A stretch of 64,000 nt of DNA from Octopus vulgaris (lineage: Eukaryota), in assembly GCA_951406725.2 (NCBI GenBank), contig OX597819.1, forward strand, positions 102,610,001 through 102,674,000, in the 5' to 3' direction. Below are positions 1-13,951 of this stretch, piece by piece (the stretch's first letter is position 1; each line of letters begins with the position of its first letter). A model generated the notes under the pieces. It did not search any database, was not told where the DNA came from, and saw only the letters and a list, made by a program, of their open reading frames with translations. The position numbers were made by a program, and so were the translations under genes.

Positions 1-189
1 TAATCTCGAAACGCGTATGTAGCTAATCTGAGTCGTGTGGATTCGTTATTTTTTCTTTTTGCCTACGTAAAAAAGTGTGTTACTGTCTGGGAGATCTTTA
101 TGGTAGCAGGAAAGGCATTTTAACTCCTATTTTCTAAATTCGGTATGTAGCGAAGCAATTAGCTGACTCCTGATTATAATTATGTTTAT

Positions 190-482
190 ATGACCTCCTT
201 TGGTCATGGATAACCATGAGATTGCACCTAGAAAGTTACGCTCTAATGCACAACTCCAGACAAAGCTCCCAGTTTCCCCTCTTCACTGCACCGATGTTAT
301 ACATAGGAAAGGCAAAAGCCCACACAGCTTGACACCAGTGACGTCACAACTCATTTCTACAGCTAAGAGAACTGGAGCAACCTGAAATAAAGTGTTTTGA
401 TCAAGAACACAACACACAACCTCGTCAGGGGATTGAACTCACTACCACATGATTGTGAGCCTGACGCTCTATCAAAGGACCA
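190..482 (-). mobile_element. tRNA-derived SINE (family C), decayed
   Basis: Minus strand reads a B-box-like GAGTTCAATCCC, then ttgtgttcttgatcaaaacactttatttc...gctccag, a typical SINE central domain. A related plus-strand copy lies at 1420-1610. Confidence 0.65.
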
Positions 483-492
483 TTTACTATAT

Positions 493-566
<74 letters not shown>

Positions 567-583
567 GTATATACACACATATA

Positions 584-990
584 TTCCTTTATTTGTTTCA
601 GTCATTTGCGGCCATGCTTGAGTACCACCTTTAGTCGAACAAATCGACCCCAGGATTTATTTTTTGTAGGCCTAGTAGTTATCTTATCGGCCTCTTTTGC
701 CGAACCGCTAATTTCCGGGGACCTAAACTAACAAACATCGATTGTCAAGCGATCGTGGGCGACAAACACAGACAGACAAACATAAACACACACACACACA
801 CACAAACAAACAAACACATATATACATATACGACAGGCTTTTTTAATCTCTGTCTAACAAATCCACTTACAGAGCCTTGATCGGCCTGTGGCTATAGTAG
901 AAGACACTCGCCCAAGGTGCCACGCAATGGGATGAGAACCCGGAACCCGGTTCATAAGGAAGCTACTTACCACACAACCACTGCTGCGCC
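584..990 (-). mobile_element. SINE family A, full length, with internal (CA)n
   Basis: Head ggcgcag...gtggtaag with GGGTTC B box, accttgggc(a/g)agtgtcttct, internal microsatellite, and 3' end ...gcatggccgcaaatgactgaaacaaataaaag. Collinear with many other copies in the window. Confidence 0.9.
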
Positions 991-1064
991 TATATATATA
1001 TATATATGCGTGTGTGTGTGTGTGTGTGTGTGTGTATACACATATATATATGCACACACACATA

Positions 1065-1121
<57 letters not shown>

Positions 1122-1419
1122 GCACACACACACACACACACATACACACATATTATCAGCTTTAATAATCAAACAGCAGCCACACTTAGACACTGTTTTG
1201 AAGGCAAATCAAACTACTGAAGCAATTTATAGCCAGGTATTTATTTCGGTGGAGGACATTTTTTTACGGACCGTAAAGAGGACGTAAACGAACTAACACC
1301 GCTTGTCAAACTTGTGGCGTAAAATGCATTTTACAAAGGGAGGCAAACACCGACATATAAGATCACACTTAGATAGATACACACTCATGGACACTCACAT
1401 GTAATCAAACATATACATT

Positions 1420-1610
1420 ATAGCCTTCAAACGTAGGTAGCTTCGAAGCATCGTGGTTTCAATTCTTGAACCCAAGCGATACGTTGTTTTCTTGAGCAAA
1501 ACACTTCATTTCCCGTCGCTGCAATCCACTCAGTTGATAATAATGAGAAATCCTGCGACGTCTCGTTGGGAAGGGAATTAATATATCACAGAATCTCGGA
1601 AACCGGCCTG
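1420..1610 (+). mobile_element. SINE family C fragment, decayed
   Basis: gttgttttcttgagcaaaacacttcatttc...ccactcag matches the central domain of the 190-482 element. Confidence 0.55.
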
Positions 1611-1940
1611 ATAAACTTATGGTTTGGGAAAGATCTCTGATCCCACTTTTCATTTTTTTTTTTACACTGTGATAGATCTAGAATGTGGCTGTCGGAGAGA
1701 GAGGGAGACAGAGACGGGCAGACAGACAGACAGACAGACAGACAAATAGACAGACAAATAGACAGCCGGACAGAGATCTGGATCAAATTTCTGGTTGGTA
1801 TTCATTTAGAACTGAGTAGATTGGAGCCAGGTGAAATGAAATCTTACTTTGACGACAAGAGGCGCCAACCGAGCCAGATCTAAATCAGGACACTTTTACA
1901 ATTCTCTGTCCCTATCCACCTTTCATTATATCTCTCTCTT

Positions 1941-1999
<59 letters not shown>

Positions 2000-2181
2000 C
2001 ACACAGTCACACACAACATACACGGACAGTGTATTGGTAGCTGAAGCTACAAAACCTTTACATCCTGAGCCTATTGTACAGTTCTTTGAATCTTTATTTT
2101 TGCTACAGCTGATTGGTTGACATTGAATAACAAAGGAATATCGTTAGTTAACAATATAATCTTTATTTCTAAAGTGAGCAA

Positions 2182-2396
2182 GGTGGCGAGCTGGCAGAAT
2201 AGTTAGCACTCCGTGCAAAAGGTTTAGCAGCCTTTCATCCGTATTCGCTTTCTGAATTCAAATTCTGTCGAGGACAACTTTGCCTTTCATCGTTTCATAG
2301 TCGATAAAATAAGTACCAGTTAAATACTAGGCTCGATATTGTTGGTTTATTTCCTCCTCAAAAATTTCTGGCCTTGTACCAAATTTGAAACCAATA
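2182..2396 (+). mobile_element. SINE family B
   Basis: Head ggtggcgagctggcagaat, B box (g)aattcaaattc, central domain tttgcctttcatc...gtcgataaaataagtaccag. Confidence 0.88.
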
Positions 2397-2494
2397 TCTT
2401 ATAACAAAATATATAAAACAGACAAGATAATAAATTTCGTATGCAGTATAGCCGTGAAACAGCAGAAAGATTGTGTATTTTACTCTTTTACGAC

Positions 2495-2832
2495 GGGAAA
2501 ATTTGTCAGCAGGCGGCTGTAGAACTAGGACTCGTATCTCTCAAATGCCGGCTGTGTACTCTACCGTTAACCTAAACGGTCCGCTGACAACAATCACCGT
2601 CAAATTAAACGAGATCGAAATGTACTTTCTTGTCTGTGAAATACGAAACATATTCGACGTTTCCAAACTTTGTTTAGAAAATTTTGTCGCATTCCAAAGT
2701 TATTATTATTTAGCGTTGAATTTGGCAGTGAATATTATCAGCGGTCCGATTAGCTTAATGGTAGAATACTTAGCCGGAATTCAAAGGGTACGGGTTCGAG
2801 CACCGTAACCGTGGGCTGACAACTTCTTTTCC
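2495..2832. repeat. Imperfect palindrome with two outward-facing tRNA-like arms
   Basis: Right arm: tcagcggtccgattagcttaatggtagaatac...gggtacgggttcgag...gctgacaa. The left arm is its diverged reverse complement (ttgtcagc...ctctaccgttaacctaaacggtccgctgacaa). Confidence 0.8.
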
Positions 2833-3204
2833 ACCTTATAAGTATTACATAAAACCGTATAAAGGGCATTCCACTTCTGTTTGGTCTCTCTGAGCGTTAC
2901 TGATTCTGAGAACTACTCTAGATTAAGCAGCAACAGCACTATACTAGAGAGAGAGCGATCTTGAATAAGATGTTACCTAAAAATCTCGAATGAGTCACAC
3001 TTCTCAATAGTTGTCTTCGGATAAATACATGCACACGCACACAAATATATGCTATTAGTGCAGTTCAGGTATATATTGTTTAAGCCATATATTAGAGGTT
3101 CACTTCATTTCGTTTCTTTCGATAAATAAGTGTAAGATCATTGTCCCAGATATTTTATAATATATGCCATTGTTTGTTGAGCTCTTTGATAAAAAAAAAA
3201 GTTG

Positions 3205-3510
3205 ACCTACCTCTCTAAGACTTGGAAGTGGATTTGGTTGACAGAAACTGAAAGAAGCCCGTCGAATATGTTTGTGTGTGTGTGTGTGTGTGTTTATGTG
3301 GGCATGTGTGTGCGCGCGTGCCTGTGTTTGTACCCCATTATCATTTGACAACCAGTACTGGTGTGTTTACACCCCTTAAAGGGACCGACAGAATATATAG
3401 CAGGCTTTAAAAAAATAAGCACTGGGGTCATTTCGTTTGACTAAAATACTTCAAGGCAACGCCCCAGTATGGCATAAGTCTGATGACTAAAATGAGTAAA
3501 AGAATGAAAG

Positions 3511-3512
<2 letters not shown>
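3205..3512 (+). mobile_element. SINE family A, 5'-truncated
   Basis: gtggatttgg...aaactgaaagaagcccgtcg, then (TG)n, then the family 3' end. Confidence 0.85.
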
Positions 3513-3571
<59 letters not shown>

Positions 3572-3622
3572 GGATAGATAGATAGATCCACACATTTAAA
3601 TTTATATACATATATATGCACA

Positions 3623-3785
3623 CAATTAAAGATCCACAAAGATCAGAACATATCTGCAGCTCTTGGGGGTCCAAATCAGATATGCAATATATGTGGGTGT
3701 CTTTTAAAAACATTATCTGGTTTAAAAAGCCACACCAAATGCCATGTTGGTTCCAGGGTGTAGGTACAGGAGGTGGTCAACCAAC
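3623..3785 (+). pseudogene. Isolated C2H2 zinc-finger coding fragment, probably the 3' end of an RTE-like LINE ORF
   Basis: The frame 3623-3763 reads QLKIHKDQNISAALGGPNQICNICGCLLKTLSGLKSHTKCHVGSRV*, a CxxC-x12-H-x3-H pattern just before the stop. It is flanked by microsatellites. Confidence 0.6.
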
Positions 3786-3799
3786 ATATACACACATTC

Positions 3800-3852
<53 letters not shown>

Positions 3853-3853
<1 letters not shown>

Positions 3854-4000
3854 GTCCCTGACATTTAGCGGTTCGGCAAAAAGAAACCGATAGAATAAGT
3901 ACTAGGCTTACAAAGTATATGTCCTAAGGTCGATTTATTCGACGAAAGGTAGTGCTCAAGCATGACCGCAGTCATATTACTGAAACAAGTAAAAGAGTAT
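3853..4000 (+). mobile_element. SINE family A, 3' part
   Basis: ttagcggttcggcaaaa...gaataagtactaggcttac...actgaaacaagtaaaagag. Confidence 0.88.
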
Positions 4001-4019
4001 ATATATATTCCTTTTTAAT

Positions 4020-4497
<478 letters not shown>

Positions 4498-4819
4498 TAT
4501 ATATATATATGTATATATTTGTGTATGTGTGTGTTTGTTTGTGTGTATATGTGTTTATGTATACATACTTACATACATGCATCAATCTATCTATCTATCT
4601 ATATATATATTTATTTATTTATATATATATATGTATACATACATACAGGCACATACATATATATATGTATATCTACATATACAATTGCACATATATACAT
4701 TCATGTATATATACGTATGCATATATCTATATAAATTTATGTGTGTATGTTTTTGTGTGTATACATATGTACACACTTAAGCACATACATACATATTTAT
4801 ATATATACACACACACACA

Positions 4820-4891
<72 letters not shown>

Positions 4892-6061
4892 TGTATATCT
4901 AAACATGCGTGTCAGTGAGAGATTGGGGAAGAGTAAGAGTAAGAGGGAGAAAGACGGAAGGCAGGCGGAGAGAGTCAGAAAGAACGAAAGTGAAAGAGGG
5001 AGATTGGAAAACGACAACTGGTGGTATTTTAATTAAATAATTGAAAGAATAATCTCCAATATGTATGAATGCGATGTAATATTATATCTCAACCAACAGG
5101 ATTTGTCGGTTAGTACTTGTGTTATGCAGATCATATGATTCAGCTAAGAAATCCTTTCTTATTCACGGCGTCCATAGCAAAATGACAGCTTCTAGTAATG
5201 TGAAGGGATTAGGAATGAAATTGATGAAAGTAAAGGAATAGGCATTGATTCCTGACTTAAGTTTGAAGTTAAACTGAAATAACTGTCATGTCTTATAGAA
5301 CATGGCCAGCTTCCTTTGTGCTGCCATTTATCTGTCATTCGTGCTTTAGTAGACTACTAAACAACCAACGATCGAGATTCTATGCAGTTGGTTGACATGA
5401 TAAGAATAACTGGAAAATCAAAACGTACCACTTTTGGGTAATGTTGTCTGAGATGGTTGAGCGAGCGGTTAAGAAGTTTGGTGCGCAACGATGAGATCTT
5501 GGGTTCGATCCTGCTGCATAGCTCTTTGTGTATGTTTATTTTCTATTGTTTCAGGTCGACCCAGGCTGTGTGAATGAATTCGAATAGAGGAAAACTTCAA
5601 AGAAACTTATTGAATGGACTGACCCTATAATTCACAAATCCAGTCTCAATACACTGGCTTAGGCTGAGATTTACATTAATAATCATTTCTAATAAAGGTA
5701 CAAAGTATCAGTGAATATTGAACACTGAACGTAAAAAACGGGCGAAATTCCACAAAGCATATTATTCGGTGTGCTAACTCGCTGCTTCAGAGAGATTTAC
5801 GTTAAGAATGCATATATCTTTTGAATATTCAGTCATTTTTTCCTATTTTAGCTGCCATCATTGCCTTGTCAATCAATACATGTGACTGCAGATGATAACT
5901 AACTCACCTCACTGAGAACTACTGCAGTTAGTTATTTGAAAAAAAAACTTCAGAGATTAAAATGGTTTAACCAAATACGCAATGAAATGTTTGCGGAGGG
6001 TTCCAAATAATGAATCGTTCATTTGTTTATATGATTTTATATATTTTTAGCATTAACGCAT

Positions 6062-6235
6062 AGGCACAGGTATGGACGAATGGTTAACAAGCTTACTTTG
6101 CAACTACGTGTTTTCGGGTTCAGTTCCACTGCGCAGTACCCTGGACAAATATGTTCTACTATAGCTTGACCAATGCTTGAGAGAAGGAGAATCTGGAAGC
6201 CACTCGTGTGTGTGTGTGTGTGTTTGTGTGTGTGG
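6062..6235 (+). mobile_element. SINE family A head, decayed
   Basis: ggcacaggtatgg...cgggttcagttccactgcg...ttctactatagc. An older similar head lies at about 5450-5610. Confidence 0.7.
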
Positions 6236-6654
6236 ATGCCTTTCATGATACCCTTAAAGGTAGAAACTTTTCAGCACCCCCACGTATACGATAATATGGT
6301 GAATCTAACTAAATATATCTCCCTCATTGTACATATATATACTACCAAAATGTGACCTTTTTGAACTTATAAATTTCTGTGTATATATATAGAGAGAGAG
6401 ATACAATACCAATATTCCTCTGAACTTTTAATAATTCTTTCTGTAAACTGTTTTTAACATTTTCTTGTTATTATCAAATAATGTATATATGTATTGCAAA
6501 CTTTTGTGCCCAATATTTTAAAGAACTTTTTAATTTTTTTTAATATTTTCCCAAGATTTTCCCTTGTAAACTGTTTCTAACATGTTCTTAATATTTTTAA
6601 AGAATGTATATATGTATTGTAATATATTGTGACAACCAGTACCTAACACAACAA

Positions 6655-6737
6655 AGCTTTTACATGTTACTGTCTCTAAAAAAAGTGAAACCGTTGAAGT
6701 AAATAAACATCTTTTAAAATTGCATTTTCAAACCTTC

Positions 6738-6742
<5 letters not shown>
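6655..6742 (+). mobile_element. Short dispersed repeat, Penelope pLTR-like; second copy at 14150-14245 (minus)
   Basis: gtgaaaccg...aagtaaataaacatcttttaaaattgcattttcaaacctt is the reverse complement of 14152-14203. Confidence 0.6.
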
Positions 6743-6791
<49 letters not shown>

Positions 6792-7270
6792 CATATCACT
6801 GACTCTACATATAAGATTTACATTGGGAAAAAGTCTATTTATGTTCAATTCACTTTTCTTTATAACCTAACTGTGGTGTCTAATATGATGCGTCACTGAC
6901 AGAATTCCACTGCATTTCAGTTTTGACACTTCTTATTACTGAGAAAAACGTTAACTACAAGGAAATATAATATTTTGCATTGTTAAATAACTAAAATGGC
7001 TGTGATATGAGGTGGATTTTACAACTCATGAAGGGTCGTTCTTTGTGTTGTTAGTCTAGTTTTCCAATTGTGTCTTTCGTTGTTCAAAAAAATAGTTCAT
7101 ATCCCATGTACTCGTACTTCGTATTTTTTGTTGTATACGCTTCGTGACGTCCAGTACCCACATATGCATATATATATATACGTACAGATGTAAGTATCTA
7201 CATATACGTATGTATATATGCATATATATACATATTATATATATACATATACACATATACATACATACAT

Positions 7271-7353
<83 letters not shown>

Positions 7354-7499
7354 GGATGAAATTCATAAATTCCATCCAAATGTTATTGATATTAATATTA
7401 TATTTATCCTTCATTATATCAGTACAAATCGATGCAACTCCCCCAAAACGATTCCCCTAACAGCCGGCTTAATGGTCAAGGAGATTTATTTGCATACTG

Positions 7500-7885
7500 A
7501 AAACGCATCAAGTAAACAAATTGTCTTCTACAATGGCCTCGAGCCGAAATCGAACCATACGAGTGGATTTGGTAGATGGAAATTGAAAGAAGTCTATCGT
7601 ATATGTGTGTGCGTGTGTGTACGTGTGTGTGTACGTATGTGAGTGTGCTTGCGTTTGTGTATGCGTGTATTTGTATGTGTGTGTCTGTGTTTGAGCCACC
7701 AGCATCGCTTGACAACCGATGTTGGTTTGTTAACCACTCCGTAAATTAGCAGTTCACCAATAGAGTCTGATAGAATAAGTACTAGGCTTACATAGAATAA
7801 GTCCTTTGGCGGATTTCTTCGACTAACACTCTTCAGGGTGGTGCTCCAGCATGGCCGCAGTCAAAGAATAACAAAAATAAAATAA
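7500..7885 (+). mobile_element. SINE family A, head truncated
   Basis: gagtggatttggtagatggaaattgaaaga, (TG)n, then catcgcttgacaaccgat...ggtgctccagcatggccgcagtcaaa. Confidence 0.88.
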
Positions 7886-7919
7886 TTTTATATACATATA
7901 TATATATATATATATTTTA

Positions 7920-7961
<42 letters not shown>

Positions 7962-8510
7962 TATATATTCATATATATATACACATACATACATGCATAC
8001 ATACATACATACATACATACATACATACATACATACATACATACATACATACATACATACATACATACATAGAAACATACGTAAGTACGCATACGTAAAT
8101 ATGAATATATGTATTCTGTACGTAAGATTTACCAAGATGGAGTAGCACCGTGTCAACATTGTACACGTGTGTATGTGTCAAGTTTGGAAGCAGTGGCAAG
8201 TTAATGATAAATCAAACAGCTGAAATAGATTATGAATTAGCACTGAAAGAATGTTGAGGCATCATTATAGACCGTTCGCCTGTGACTGCTTATCTCTTCT
8301 TCACAAACGATATGTTGAAGCAGAGGGGGCAGAAGGGAGAGAGAAAAGGATTTCGTGGGTAACATCTAATAACTAAATATTTCTACGTTTGTATATATGT
8401 ATATGTACATGTGTACATGGATGTATATGTATGTGTATATATATATATAAATATTATATATCCACACATACATATACATATGCATATACAAAAACACACA
8501 CTCACACACA

Positions 8511-8585
<75 letters not shown>

Positions 8586-8682
8586 ATATATATATACACA
8601 CACACATTTGTATGTATATCTTTATATAAATGCATTTTCGCATTATATTTACATATGTAGAAATGTAAATTTACAAATATAG

Positions 8683-8743
<61 letters not shown>

Positions 8744-8849
8744 CATATATATATACGTATATATATATTTACGGAGAGGGAGAGATACCCACACACAAAT
8801 GCTATATATATATATTTGTTTTTTATTTATTTATTTATATATTAAAAAT

Positions 8850-9210
8850 TACGCAAACAGCTGAACTGGATGCCAATGCTTGGTGCTAAAAACCCAACAT
8901 AACAGTCAAAATATTGGTCCAGATATTGCAATGTCATAGTTTTCAAAGGCCCACAGTTCTTCAATGTCCTTCCAAAATGCTCGAGAGACCTGCATGGTGT
9001 GGATATAGGTGTCTTCAAATGAAAACTGTATCTACTCCTGTCAATGGTTATAGCTGAGCCTACCTTACGGCAGGAAGCACAATTGATAATGCCAGCAGCA
9101 TTAAATTGCCTCAATTAATGCCACATAACAGAGAAAGTTTCAAATAATGGTGTAGCACACTCAATAATGGTGTCACACCATGATCGCAGCTTTGGAGCTG
9201 AAACAATTTA
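8850..9210 (+). mobile_element. CR1/L2-group LINE, 3' ORF2 fragment (decayed)
   Basis: Translates as ...FKGPQFFNVLPKCSRDLHGVDIGVFK*KL..., the usual C-terminal 'LFN.LP...FK..LD' motif. Homologous to 41030-41130. Confidence 0.7.
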
Positions 9211-9376
9211 AAGAACTAAATGTTTGAAGTATATATATATACATACATATATATGAGAACATGTATAAACAAACGACATGAACGTATACTGAATGTAAAA
9301 ACAAACTGGAGACAAACAGAATGTCCATAATTCTTCATCAGTTATCGACCGATGTTACTCTTCAGTTTCGCACCTT

Positions 9377-9428
<52 letters not shown>

Positions 9429-9706
9429 AGTATGTGTGTGTAAAAGAAAAAGAAAACGGCGAAACAGATGTATAGACATCAATTTCTTTGAATGTATTCA
9501 AATTTGACATTGCACAGAACTAAATATCTTCAAATAAATTTATGTTTATACACCACTATCTCCGTTTTCTTTTTCTGTTACTTAAATCATTTATACCAAT
9601 ATCCGGCAATGTGAAACTAACATCTTTGACATTTCACTGAGACTGGATAAAATCGACGAACTTGGATGCTGACATCCATTTACGAGGGATTTCTATACTT
9701 GATCTT

Positions 9707-9767
<61 letters not shown>

Positions 9768-9769
9768 CT

Positions 9770-10316
<547 letters not shown>

Positions 10317-10349
10317 ATGGATGGATGGATGTACATTCGTATGTATGCT

Positions 10350-10380
<31 letters not shown>

Positions 10381-10400
10381 GCACAATCTATGTATATACA

Positions 10401-10446
<46 letters not shown>

Positions 10447-10468
10447 GTGTGTCTGTATTTTTGTGTGT

Positions 10469-10509
<41 letters not shown>

Positions 10510-10594
10510 TCCATACGGATATATACATTATATATATATACGTATATGTAAATTATACGTAGGTACATATCTATCTATCTCTCTCTCTCTCTCT

Positions 10595-10648
<54 letters not shown>

Positions 10649-10909
10649 CAGGCATATATAATAGTAGCATGCCTTACATATATGCCCATATTTGGGTAAT
10701 TATCTAGTTATATATACAGGTGTAGTTTTTCGCATCATATTAGAAAACAGCCATATACGCATACCCGCAGAGACTTGTCTCCATGCGCCCACACTCAAGA
10801 TTTTGCATACGTGTGTATGTATACAGTCTTGTCCGTACACAAGTCTGTAAATATGTTTGTGTGTATATCTGTAGCAACAAATACATTATCATGTACACAT
10901 GTCTGAATC

Positions 10910-10956
<47 letters not shown>

Positions 10957-11112
10957 AAGAGAATGCGAGAGAGAGCGTTAGTCTACGTGTTGGTGTGCTT
11001 CTCTGAGTTTTGTGTGCCGCATTTATATATATATATATACACATATGTACATATGTATATGTATATATACATATATACATGTGTGTATTTATATATATAT
11101 GATTATATATAC

Positions 11113-11157
<45 letters not shown>

Positions 11158-12597
11158 ATGAAATCACGCACCGAAGCACACACGCACACACATATACATA
11201 TGCATAAATATATTATACATATATACATATATATACACATACATTTACACACACACAGATATATATATACATGTTAATGCATATACGTATACATATATAT
11301 ATGCATATATATATACGTGTACTTACATATGCCTTTCTATGTGCTATGGATGTTTGCATGTGTGTTTGTATGTTTGAATCTATATACACAGACACGTAAA
11401 AACCTACATATGAAAGATAATGAAGTGTCAGAGATTATTCTAGAATTATAGAAAAATAGTCAAAATTCTTGGCAGAAACTTGACATGTGATAATATCTTC
11501 AGAGATTTTGAAAGGCCAACACTTAGCAATAGCAGAGCTGTTCACTATTTTTCTGACATTATACGTCGACGTTACTTTAGAATATAAAGGCCTTTCTGTA
11601 GTTTTACCTTATCTAGTTTTCAATACAATAATTAACATTCAATATGTATAAGAAAAGGCGACAGATTGGCAGCGTCGGACAGGCTGCAGAAAAGTATTTG
11701 TTCAACTCTTTGTGTTCTAAGTTCAAATCATTCCATGGTCTATCTGGGTGGTAGATATGATACGCTGTGATGTTTGATATCACCTCCTGCCTATTAAGTG
11801 CAATTTGGAATCGTGCAGTCACTCTGTTGTACGTATTCGACTTTGGTTACTGCTTTGGTGGCACCTACCTCACTTCTTTGAAACGTAATTTAGGCAATAT
11901 CACCCTCGTCTGAATAAGGGATAAAAACAGACTATCTCTCATTTTCTCTTTCATTTTCTTTCTCCATATATATAGAGAGAGATAGAGAGAGGGAGGGAGA
12001 GAGAGAAGGATTCTCTCTAGTGAGCGATACATTTGCCAGTATCGTCCCAGAAGGGTGACTTTCTGTTCAAAATCTGATACTATAAAACGCATAGTAAATT
12101 TGTTAAGAAGATCTTATAAATTATCACACGCTTATACACATGTACACATCTATTACACATACACAGAACAAACTTGTCCTCAGTTTCCAATCGCCTATAC
12201 GATATTCTCTCACGATCTCTTCGCGGTCAAAAAATGTTGTTGAAGACACAGTTCAAATATTCTTTAAGTCATTTCCCAGGATATATTTAAAGAATATTTT
12301 CATACAAGCACAACGCCACATAGATTTTGGTAGTGATCTGCACACAATTAAAGTATATCTACTTAACTATTTAATAATGATTATTTTATTTACGCCACAA
12401 GGCGAAAAGGAAATTTTATATCAGGTAGCATTTATGGGTTAATATAAGAAAGACAATATATGCAGGGTTTCCCCAGCAAATTCAACATTATCCATTACGA
12501 TTGCGTCAATATCAATCTCAGAGTTGTCCTCGTCTTAGATTCGATTATCTTGTCAACTTCAATTTCGACATTATCAACGTCAAAGTCGCCAGTCTCA

Positions 12598-12965
12598 TTG
12601 CGTGGCACCTTGGGCGAGTGTCTTCTACTATAGCCTCGGACCGACCAAAACCTTATGAGTGGATTCGATAGACGGAAACTGAAAGAAGCCCGTCGTGTGT
12701 GTTTGTGTGTGTGTTTGTGTTTTGTGTATGTATATATTTATGGGAGTGTGTCTTTGTGTCTGTGTTTGTTTCTCGCTCTGCCATTGCTTGACAACCGATT
12801 CTGGTGTGTTTGTATCCCCGTAACTTAGCGGTTCGGCAAAAAGTGATCGATAGGATAAGTACTAGGCTTACGAAGAATAAACCCTAGCGTCGATTTCTTT
12901 GAATAAAACTTTTTAAAGCGGTGCTCCAGCATGGCCCAGTCAAATGAATGAAACAATTAAAAGAT
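12598..12965 (+). mobile_element. SINE family A
   Basis: tgcgtggcaccttgggcgagtgtcttctactatagcc through to gcatggcccagtcaaatgaatgaaac. Confidence 0.9.
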
Positions 12966-13379
12966 TCTTTTGTGCTCTAAACACAAGGCCCGAAATTTTG
13001 GGGGAGGGCTCCAGTCGATTAGATCGATCCCAGTGCGCAACTGGTATTTAATTTATCGACCCATAAAGGATAAAAGGCAACGTCGACCTCTGCAGATTTT
13101 GAAATCAAAGCGTAGCAGCAGACGAAATATCTATTTCTTTACTACCCACAAGGGACTAAACACAGAGAGGACAAACGAGGACAGACAAACGAGGACAGAC
13201 AAACGGATTAAGTCGATTATATCGGCATCAGTGCATAACTGGTACTTAATTTATCGACCCCGAAAGGATGAAAGGCAAAGTCGACCCCGGCGGAATTTAA
13301 ACTCAGAACGTAACAGCAGACGAAATACCACAAAGCATTTTGCCCGTCGTGCTAACGTTTCTGCCAACTTGCCGCCTTA
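12966..13379 (-). mobile_element. SINE family B, tandem or nested pair
   Basis: A full copy at 13130-13379 is followed on the minus strand by a second copy that resumes internally at tatttcgtctgc. Confidence 0.88.
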
Positions 13380-13414
13380 AAAGAATAAAATAACACATAC
13401 ATGCGTTTAGTACA

Positions 13415-13630
13415 TTCTTTTATTATTTTACCTGTATTAGTCATTTGACTGCGGTCATGCTGCGGCACCGTTTTTACTCGAACAAACCAACCCGAAGACT
13501 TATTCTGTGTAAGTGTAGGACTTATTCTATCGGTCTCTTTTAACAAACGGTAAACGGCTAAGTTACGGGGGTGTAAACACACCAACATCAGTTCTCAAGC
13601 GATTGCGGAAGGAACAAACACAGATACACA
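13415..13630 (-). mobile_element. SINE family A, 3' half
   Basis: gtcatttgactgcggtcatgctg...cttattctatcggtctctttt...aagttacgggg. Confidence 0.88.
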
Positions 13631-13638
13631 TGCAAATA

Positions 13639-13702
<64 letters not shown>

Positions 13703-13707
<5 letters not shown>

Positions 13708-13951
13708 GTAAAACGGTAAGATAACAAAAGAAAAAAGAGACCTCAATATTATGTAAACAGAGGAAATTTATCTATACAATATGTTACATTACTCGATAGT
13801 CAAGATAAAACTCTGAGTTTCAGATGACGAAGTGGAAATCCACAACACCATCTCTTCGGTTATCTGGCTAACCGAAGAGATGGTGTTGTGGATTTCCACT
13901 TCGGCATCTGAAACTCAGTTTTATCTTGACTATCGAGTAATGTAACATATT

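Noticed and set aside
2745-2815. Functional tRNA gene
   Set aside because: A and B boxes are present, but the acceptor and anticodon stems do not pair properly, so it is treated as tRNA-derived.
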